Below the pieces are notes generated by a model. It saw only the letters and a program-made list of their open reading frames with translations, was not told where the DNA came from and did not search any database. A stretch of DNA of 18,332 bases from Candidatus Hermodarchaeota archaeon. Lineage in GTDB: Archaea > Asgardarchaeota > Heimdallarchaeia > Hodarchaeales > Hodarchaeaceae. Shown here one piece after another: positions 1-5,828 of the stretch. Position 1 is the stretch's first letter, and each line of letters opens with the position of its first letter. The stretch lies in the NCBI GenBank assembly GCA_048886185.1, contig JBHLKY010000021.1:61932-80263 (forward strand), read 5' to 3'. Position numbers and translations under genes: made by a program.

Positions 1-473
1 TAGCAAAAATTGGATGCTTTGTTGAAGCAACTGAAATAAATGAAATCGCTCATAAAAGCGCACTAAGTAACATCAGGTGTAATGGTTTAGAATCTAAAAT
101 AGTATTAATAAAGATCAATGATAGAGATCGTATCTTACCAGATAAAATTGGGTCTTTAAATCGATTTGACGCAATAGTCTGTAATCCACCACAATATGAT
201 CAAGATTATTATAATCAGAGACGGTCATACAAAAAAGGTTTTGTTGGCCAAGAATCTGAATTAGTAGGAGGGAAAGAGGGTTATGAGTTCATTATCAAGC
301 TGATCGAGGAAATCAATGACTTCTCTAATCCACCAAGCTTTTATTTCCAATTAACTGTTCCCAAGCTAAGTAAAGTAATCGATTCTTATTTAAGAGAACG
401 AAATCGTTCATTTATTATGGATACCATCACTTTAGGCACTAGACAACGATATTACTATAAGATTAATTATTAA
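1..473 (+). CDS. RlmF/METTL16-family (Methyltransf_10-like) SAM-dependent methyltransferase, 5'-truncated by the window edge
   Basis: Hand translation from nt 3 is open to TAA at 471-473: AKIGCFVEATEINEIAHKSALSNIRCNGLESKIVLI...FDAIVCNPPQYDQ...GFVGQESELVGGKEGYEFIIKLIEE...ITLGTRQRYYYKINY*. It shows the motif II-like ATEI, a motif IV-like NPP(Q)Y, the E-x-x-GG-x-x-G-x-x-F-x-x-K-L-I-E-E block and a C-terminal GTR-x-R strand, as I recall them from RlmF-related enzymes. Not in the ORF track because the start lies outside the window. Confidence 0.75.
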   Translation, partial: AKIGCFVEATEINEIAHKSALSNIRCNGLESKIVLIKINDRDRILPDKIGSLNRFDAIVCNPPQYDQDYYNQRRSYKKGFVGQESELVGGKEGYEFIIKLIEEINDFSNPPSFYFQLTVPKLSKVIDSYLRERNRSFIMDTITLGTRQRYYYKINY

Positions 474-813
474 AAGATGAATTACATTCCTCCACAATTT
501 CTACAGCCTTTCTTAAATGAGGAATAACAATCGATCCCCCAACAACTAATGCTACATTGAAGGCTTCATAGAATTCCTCTTCAGTTACTCCCAACTTGTG
601 ACACTGTAGAATGTGATAGGTGATACAATCATTACAGCGTAAAACAAGGCTAGCAACCAACCCAAGTAATTCTTTAACTTTAGAGGAAAGAACTCCTTCA
701 TTATAGGTTTGAGAATCTAAGGCAAAAAATCTTTTAATTTCTAAATTTGCTTTATTTAGTATTTTATCATTCATTTTTTCTCTATAAGAATTAAACTCCT
801 CAATTTTCGACAT
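463..813 (-). CDS. Carboxymuconolactone decarboxylase / AhpD-like family protein with CxxC
   Basis: Contains GVLSSKVKELLGLVASLVLRCNDCITYH, the typical CMD helix pair with CxxC and a downstream His, and EAFNVALVVGGS. The track starts at GTG 822, but AAGGTGA overlapping that codon looks like the SD for ATG at 813, so I prefer 813. Confidence 0.88.
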   Translation of the reverse strand: MSKIEEFNSYREKMNDKILNKANLEIKRFFALDSQTYNEGVLSSKVKELLGLVASLVLRCNDCITYHILQCHKLGVTEEEFYEAFNVALVVGGSIVIPHLRKAVEIVEECNSSFNN

Positions 814-1055
814 AAAATTCACCTTTCATGTTTTTTTCGATTTTAAGCGTTATTCGGTATTTTTTATCTTCAGGTTTATATGCTGATGTTTTAATGTGAT
901 AATCGTGCATTTATCTAGGGAACAAATCAATAAAAGAAATCATTTGAAGTGCTTTCACTAATTTATGAAGTTATTTTATAAGCTAACATTTATGATTTGC
1001 CTAAGCAAAAAATATTTCTTAACATTCAAAGTACAAATGAACTAGTGATAGAATT

Positions 1056-1553
1056 TTGAAGTCAAAAAATTTGTTTCTTCTTTTGTTATTAGTTATTGCA
1101 GTATCTTTGTCTTCCTTTAATTATCCTACATCCACTTATGCTGTACAAGGAGAAACTTATATTACAATAACTATTTCAGAGGCAAAAGATCTTATCGAAA
1201 ATACCACAAATTTATTTATTCTTGATGTGAGAACAGAATATGAATATGAAGGTGGTCATATCTCAGGTGCATATCTTATACCATATACAGAGATAATAAA
1301 TCGGCAAGATGAGCTTCCTGCCAATAAATCTCAACCAATTCTTGTTTATTGCAGATCAGGAAGACGTTCGGCTATTGCTAGTTCTGATATCGTTTCATTA
1401 TCCTATAATACCACTTACAATATGGGTGGTGGTTTCAGTGCATGGAAATCCGCTGGATATCCTTATGTTAACAGCGGTACTACAAATTTGTCCATTTTCT
1501 TTGGATTATATGGATTGGTGTTAATAACCATCTATTTTAGAAAACAAAAATAG
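1056..1553 (+). CDS. Exported single-domain rhodanese (sulfurtransferase) with signal peptide and C-terminal membrane anchor
   Basis: Rhodanese motifs LDVRTEYEYEGGHISGA, active-site loop VYCRSGRRS and NMGGGFSAW. N-terminus is basic-hydrophobic with a T-Y-A cleavage-like site. C-terminus is LSIFFGLYGLVLITIYF followed by RKQK. TTG start. Confidence 0.9.
   Translation: MKSKNLFLLLLLVIAVSLSSFNYPTSTYAVQGETYITITISEAKDLIENTTNLFILDVRTEYEYEGGHISGAYLIPYTEIINRQDELPANKSQPILVYCRSGRRSAIASSDIVSLSYNTTYNMGGGFSAWKSAGYPYVNSGTTNLSIFFGLYGLVLITIYFRKQK
1174..1235 (+). repeat. Copy 1 of a 62-nt near-identical direct repeat (60/62 match to 1702-1763)
   Basis: tttcagaggcaaaagatct-tatc-gaaaataccacaaatttatttattcttgatgtgagaaca, compared base by base. 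Confidence 0.92.
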
Positions 1554-1559
1554 TCTAAG

Positions 1560-2231
1560 TTGATTGAAATGAATTCCAATATACTAAGAAACAATAATAG
1601 GGTAATTTTAGTAATTTTTTTCTTCTTTGTAAGCTTTTCATCCCATTATAATCATATATCCTCTGCTGTTATATCAGGAATGAATTACACAACTATCCCT
1701 GTTTCAGAGGCAAAAGATCTCATTGAAAATACCACAAATTTATTTATTCTTGATGTGAGAACAAATTTTGAATTTGAAGATGGTCACATTTATGGAGCAT
1801 ACCTAATTCCTAGTACTGAAATCACATCTCGTCAAAATGAACTTCCAAAAAACAAATCTCGACCCATTCTTGTTTATTGCGCATCAGGAACCCGGTCTTC
1901 TGCTGTGAGTATTACTCTTGATGAACTATTTTATGAACAAGTATATAATATGGGAGGTGGTTTTAGTTCTTGGAAAGATGCGGATTATCCTTATGAGACT
2001 GGACCTTTCATAAAACCTAATGTAACCACATCTTTTACAACAATATCAGCATACAGTAACACTACATCAGTATTTGTAGAATCAACAAATTTATCTTCTA
2101 CAAATCTTATTGATAAATCATCTACCTCCTCAACGACCTCGCTAACAACTCCTTCATTTACTTTTTTCATAATTATTTCGTTTCTGGTTTTTGTACTAAT
2201 AAAATTAAGGAATTCACGTGAGGATTTATAA
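1560..2231 (+). CDS. Exported single-domain rhodanese paralog with Ser/Thr-rich stalk and C-terminal TM anchor
   Basis: LDVRTNFEFEDGHIYGA, VYCASGTRS, NMGGGFSSW; signal-like N-terminus; S/T-rich linker followed by TPSF, a hydrophobic helix and KLR. The start may be ATG 1569 rather than TTG 1560. Confidence 0.9.
   Translation: MIEMNSNILRNNNRVILVIFFFFVSFSSHYNHISSAVISGMNYTTIPVSEAKDLIENTTNLFILDVRTNFEFEDGHIYGAYLIPSTEITSRQNELPKNKSRPILVYCASGTRSSAVSITLDELFYEQVYNMGGGFSSWKDADYPYETGPFIKPNVTTSFTTISAYSNTTSVFVESTNLSSTNLIDKSSTSSTTSLTTPSFTFFIIISFLVFVLIKLRNSREDL
1702..1763 (+). repeat. Copy 2 of the 62-nt near-identical direct repeat
   Basis: tttcagaggcaaaagatct-catt-gaaaataccacaaatttatttattcttgatgtgagaaca; two synonymous differences from 1174-1235. 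Confidence 0.92.
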
Positions 2232-2375
2232 TCACCTGTATTAGGGGTATTTTAAAGAAAAGATTTCTTTGAAAAGTCCTAGGCCAGTGAAATTGGTTGA
2301 AATTAGCCTTAAAAATAATTACAATCATCTTTCCCAATATTTCCTTAAGAAAAAAGCCACTATGGAGAACAATCA

Positions 2376-3917
2376 ATGAAATCAGTCAATGCATATCATA
2401 CTCCTAGGAAAGCTCCTTTTATGCGATATAGGCAAGGTGGAATAGTACTTCATCCAACTAGCTTGCCAGGAGACTTTGGGATAGGTGATCTAGGTTCAAG
2501 CTTTTTCCGTTTCATTGACTTCTTACATTCTAGCCGACAACAGTTACTTCAGATTTTACCTCTTGGCCCAACAGGTTTTGGAAACTCCCCATATCAATCT
2601 TTCTCAACTTTTGCAGGGAATCCATTGTTAATAAGTCCTAGTAAATTGAGAGGAATTGGTATTTTATCTGATAATGAAATTTCTACAATTAAATTTGAGG
2701 CAACACGTATCGATTATGGAAAAGTTATCCCATTTAAATGGGATTTATTACATCAAGCTTTCGATAATTTCCTCAATAAGGATCATACTTCAATACATAA
2801 ACAGTTTAGGTTATTTATTCACGAACATCGTAACTGGCTAGAGGATTATGCCCTTTTCATGTCGATTAAAGAGGCCCATGGTTTTCAAGCATGGAATACG
2901 TGGGATGACCCTCTTAAACTACGTAAAAGAACAGCTTTATCATCTTGGAAGCGGGATTATAAAGTAAATATCGATTTCCATAAATTTACACAATTCATCT
3001 TTTTTCAACAGTGGAATGAAGTCAAAAAATATGCTCATGATAAGAAAGTAAGAATTATTGGAGATATACCAATATTTGTTGCATATGATTCTGCAGATGT
3101 CTGGGCGAATCCCCATCTTTTCTTCCTAGATAAGGATGGTGATTTGGAATATGTTGCAGGGGTTCCTCCAGATTATTTCTCGGAGACAGGTCAGCGTTGG
3201 GGAAATCCACTCTATCGTTGGGATCAAATGGAAGCGAATGGTTATAGATGGTGGATTCAACGAATCACTCACAGTTTTTCTTTAGTTGACATTCTCCGAA
3301 TTGATCATTTTCGGGGATTTGAAGCATATTGGCAGATCCCTGCTGAAGAACCGACTGCTGTTAATGGTAAATGGGTAAAAGGGCCAGGGATTAACTTGTT
3401 TATCGCTTTAAATGCATCATGTGGAAATTTACCAATAATAGCTGAAAATCTTGGAATAATCACTCCTGCTGTTGTTAAATTACTCAAACAGACTGGTTTT
3501 CCAGGTATGCGAGTATTGCAATTTGCATTTGGTGTTAAGGAAGAAGATGTTATTGAAAATGAGTACCTCCCTCACAATTATACCGCAAATACTGTTGTTT
3601 ATACAGGTACCCACGATAATGATACAAGCCTTGGGTGGTTTCAGATGGTGGATAAGAAAACCCAAAAAGAGGTTTTAGACTATCTTAATTCTGATGGTAG
3701 CGATATAGTTGGCGATCTAATTCGGTTAGCATGGAGTTCAGTAGCAAAAATGAGTATTATTCCGTTACAAGATCTACTTCGTTTGGGAACAGAAGGACGA
3801 ATGAATTTCCCTGGAAGAGAAAGTGATAATTGGGAATGGCGCTTCACGTGGGATCATTTAACAGACGAAAAATGCCATGAAATCGCTGAATTAAGTAGGA
3901 TATATCAGAGATTATAG
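2376..3917 (+). CDS. malQ: 4-alpha-glucanotransferase (amylomaltase, GH77)
   Basis: GIVLHPTSLP, LQILPLGPT, SPYQSFSTFAGNP, IIGDIPIFVAYDSADVW, GVPPDYFSETGQRWGNP, catalytic LRIDHFRGF, AE(N)LG and YTGTHDNDT. GGAG SD upstream of the ATG. Confidence 0.97.
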   Translation: MKSVNAYHTPRKAPFMRYRQGGIVLHPTSLPGDFGIGDLGSSFFRFIDFLHSSRQQLLQILPLGPTGFGNSPYQSFSTFAGNPLLISPSKLRGIGILSDNEISTIKFEATRIDYGKVIPFKWDLLHQAFDNFLNKDHTSIHKQFRLFIHEHRNWLEDYALFMSIKEAHGFQAWNTWDDPLKLRKRTALSSWKRDYKVNIDFHKFTQFIFFQQWNEVKKYAHDKKVRIIGDIPIFVAYDSADVWANPHLFFLDKDGDLEYVAGVPPDYFSETGQRWGNPLYRWDQMEANGYRWWIQRITHSFSLVDILRIDHFRGFEAYWQIPAEEPTAVNGKWVKGPGINLFIALNASCGNLPIIAENLGIITPAVVKLLKQTGFPGMRVLQFAFGVKEEDVIENEYLPHNYTANTVVYTGTHDNDTSLGWFQMVDKKTQKEVLDYLNSDGSDIVGDLIRLAWSSVAKMSIIPLQDLLRLGTEGRMNFPGRESDNWEWRFTWDHLTDEKCHEIAELSRIYQRL

Positions 3918-3929
3918 AATTTAAGAAAA

Positions 3930-4325
3930 TTATCCTTTGTGACAATCGTTGATGCCCCACTCTATTAATGGTAAAAGACTATTCTTCAAATTGATACCTT
4001 TTGTTGTAAGTTGATATTCCACACGTGGAGGAATCTCAGCATATTGGTTTTTCTTGAGAATTTTATATTTAACCAACTCATTTAGACGTAAAGAGAGGAT
4101 AGTGTCACTAATATCGGTTGAAGTGATACTTCTAATATGATCCTTAATTTCTGTATATCTCAACACTTTAGGAGAAGAATTGTTGTATTTTATTGGAAAG
4201 ACCATGATAATAAAGATCACCCACTTTTTACTAATTAGTTTCAAGTACTTAATTAATGGTTTTAAACAGATACCACTTACTTCAATAGGTAAACATCTTT
4301 GTACTACTTCTTGTTGAGTTACCAG
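3930..4325 (-). CDS. HxlR/DUF24-family winged-helix transcriptional regulator (start probably upstream of the track start at 4244)
   Basis: LISKKW..II, LRYTEIKDHI..I...ISDTILSLRLNELVKYKILKKNQYAEIPPRVEYQLTTKG..L...L..LIEWG is the HxlR signature. The frame stays open upstream of 4244, and a strong AAGGAGGT at 4343-4336 points to CTG 4325. The family call is firm; the start is inferred. Confidence 0.88.
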   Translation of the reverse strand: MVTQQEVVQRCLPIEVSGICLKPLIKYLKLISKKWVIFIIMVFPIKYNNSSPKVLRYTEIKDHIRSITSTDISDTILSLRLNELVKYKILKKNQYAEIPPRVEYQLTTKGINLKNSLLPLIEWGINDCHKG

Positions 4326-4335
4326 TTCTTTATTA

Positions 4336-4343
4336 CCTCCTTA
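4336..4343 (-). promoter_or_regulatory. Shine-Dalgarno AAGGAGGT upstream of the HxlR gene
   Basis: Minus strand reads taAGGAGGTaataaaagaaCTG; the same AAGGAGGTAATA string precedes the MBL gene. Confidence 0.6.
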
Positions 4344-4442
4344 GAAACTAATATAATTATTAGTGTACGTTATATTAAGCTTTAGTTTTTGTAGTTAATT
4401 CAGTATCTAAAGTTGAATGAAAATTTATGAGAGAGAATTAAA

Positions 4443-4604
4443 ATGTCAGAAAAGAAAGAATGCTCCTGTGGGAAGCATAAAAAAAGCCATCATGAAAAGA
4501 TGAGTCCAAAAGAGAAAATAGAACACTTAAAGGAATGTTTAGGAGAAGTTGTTACTAGACTAGAGTGTATTAAGGAGATCATAGAAGAATTATCGGTAGC
4601 ATAA
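4443..4604 (+). CDS. Small (53 aa) Cys/His-rich hypothetical protein with C-terminal amphipathic helix
   Basis: ATG 4443 to TAA 4602-4604: MSEKKECSCGKHKKSHHEKMSPKEKIEHLKECLGEVVTRLECIKEIIEELSVA. It fills an otherwise empty gap, has purine-rich codon usage like its neighbours and a heptad-like C-terminus. Below the ORF-track size cutoff. Confidence 0.72.
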   Translation: MSEKKECSCGKHKKSHHEKMSPKEKIEHLKECLGEVVTRLECIKEIIEELSVA

Positions 4605-4626
4605 AAAGGGGAAGACCATCTCCTTT
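4605..4626 (+). terminator. Possible stem-loop just after the small ORF
   Basis: aaagggga-agacca-tctccttt: 8-bp stem with one G-U pair, followed by a pyrimidine-rich tract. Confidence 0.3.
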
Positions 4627-4645
4627 CTCTTACCTTTATCTATTC

Positions 4646-4653
4646 AAGGAGGT
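4646..4653 (+). promoter_or_regulatory. Shine-Dalgarno AAGGAGGT for the MBL-fold gene
   Basis: caAGGAGGTaatatTTG; 5 nt from the TTG start at 4659. Confidence 0.7.
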
Positions 4654-4658
4654 AATAT

Positions 4659-5621
4659 TTGTCTCAACCAAACCCTATCATAACAAAAACAAGTAAAATA
4701 TCAGATGAGATTTATCATTTGGATATTAATCAATATAATTTAATACGCTCTTGTTCTATATATCTGCTAAAAACCCCTGAATCGATAGTTATATTAGATA
4801 CTGGCACATCTAATGATGTGAATTCTGTTATCAACTTCATGAAGAATAATAATTTTCCTTTAAAGAAAATCAAGTACCTTGTTCCATCTCATCATCATTT
4901 TGATCACTTCGGGGGTGGTTGGAAAATATGGAAGGCAATCAAAAAATTTAATTCTGATATCAAGGTTCTAACAACAAAAGAAACTCAAAAAATGTTGCAA
5001 GATCCTGAAAATCATATGAATAGAGCGAAACATACTTTTGGCTCCTTTATTGGTACCATGAAGCCTCTACCTGACGATGCATACGAACTAGTATGTCCAG
5101 GAAAACCTATTCCTATTCCTGGACTCAAAAAACGATTTGAATTAATAGCAACTCCTGGACACACTTCAGATCATGTATGTCCTTCAGTTTCTATTGATAA
5201 CCAAACAGAATTCATATATTTAAGCGAAAGCGCAGGAGGTTTATTGCATTCACAAAAATTGCTAACAGTTCCGAGTTCAATGCCTCCTGATTTCAATTTT
5301 AAGACATATCTACAAAGTATAGAAAAAATTATTACTTTAAAATCATTTATAGTAGGATTTGCACATGCAGGTGTTGTGAGAGGTCATAGAGAAGTGTTAG
5401 AAGTATTAAATGAACACAAAGAATTCTCATTCTTCTTTCGAGACTTTGTAAAAAGTAATTTCACTAAGAAAGGAGAAACACGATATGTGGTAGATCAGTT
5501 TATCGAAAAAATCTTGAAATCTCGCAATGATCTTCCCCATCTTTCCACATTATATACTAAATATGTTATTGCTGTCGTCTATGGGCAATTAATTGACTTA
5601 GGGCTTAAGTCGCCAAAATAA
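4659..5621 (+). CDS. Metallo-beta-lactamase-fold hydrolase
   Basis: VILDTG, HxHxDH motif (SHHHFDHFGG), TPGHTSDH and a late FAH. TTG start with a strong SD. Substrate cannot be determined from sequence. Confidence 0.9.
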   Translation: MSQPNPIITKTSKISDEIYHLDINQYNLIRSCSIYLLKTPESIVILDTGTSNDVNSVINFMKNNNFPLKKIKYLVPSHHHFDHFGGGWKIWKAIKKFNSDIKVLTTKETQKMLQDPENHMNRAKHTFGSFIGTMKPLPDDAYELVCPGKPIPIPGLKKRFELIATPGHTSDHVCPSVSIDNQTEFIYLSESAGGLLHSQKLLTVPSSMPPDFNFKTYLQSIEKIITLKSFIVGFAHAGVVRGHREVLEVLNEHKEFSFFFRDFVKSNFTKKGETRYVVDQFIEKILKSRNDLPHLSTLYTKYVIAVVYGQLIDLGLKSPK

Positions 5622-5720
5622 TGCTTGATGAAATCTGTAAGATCTATGTAAAGATAATTACCTAAACAATAAAATATTTATTCTTTAAAATGAGTTGTAA
5701 CCTCGTCATCTTAAAAAAGG

Positions 5721-5731
5721 TTTTTTTTTTT
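5721..5731 (+). terminator. Oligo-T (T11) tract, candidate archaeal-type terminator for the MBL gene
   Basis: aaaaaagg followed by 11 T, about 100 nt after the stop at 5621. Confidence 0.45.
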
Positions 5732-5828
5732 CAACTATATTCTATGCTTTCACAAAATACGCTTATTTTATGATTAGTTTTCTTTTAGGACGTATTGGTC
5801 GTGTCTAATCCAAGTAGAGAAAAAAAGA

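Noticed and set aside
463-473. 11-nt convergent 3' overlap of the methyltransferase and CMD genes
   Set aside because: Short tail-to-tail overlaps are common in compact genomes; nothing indicates antisense regulation.
823-1055. TATA-like strings and short inverted repeats in the CMD/rhodanese divergent region
   Set aside because: TTTATA-like words and 4-5 bp stems are expected by chance at this AT content; specific promoters cannot be assigned.
1309-1524. Short alternative-frame ORF inside rhodanese 1
   Set aside because: Fully overlaps a well-supported gene; no motif or SD.
2173-2376. 67-aa minus-strand ORF spanning the rhodanese 2 / malQ gap
   Set aside because: Antisense to the rhodanese tail and the malQ leader; no recognisable features.
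3441-3455. AENLG instead of the usual AEDLG in MalQ
   Set aside because: The catalytic Glu, the RIDH Asp and the THD Asp are all intact; a minor substitution.
2656-3678. Several 60-68 aa ORFs within malQ
   Set aside because: Shadow ORFs of a strongly conserved gene.
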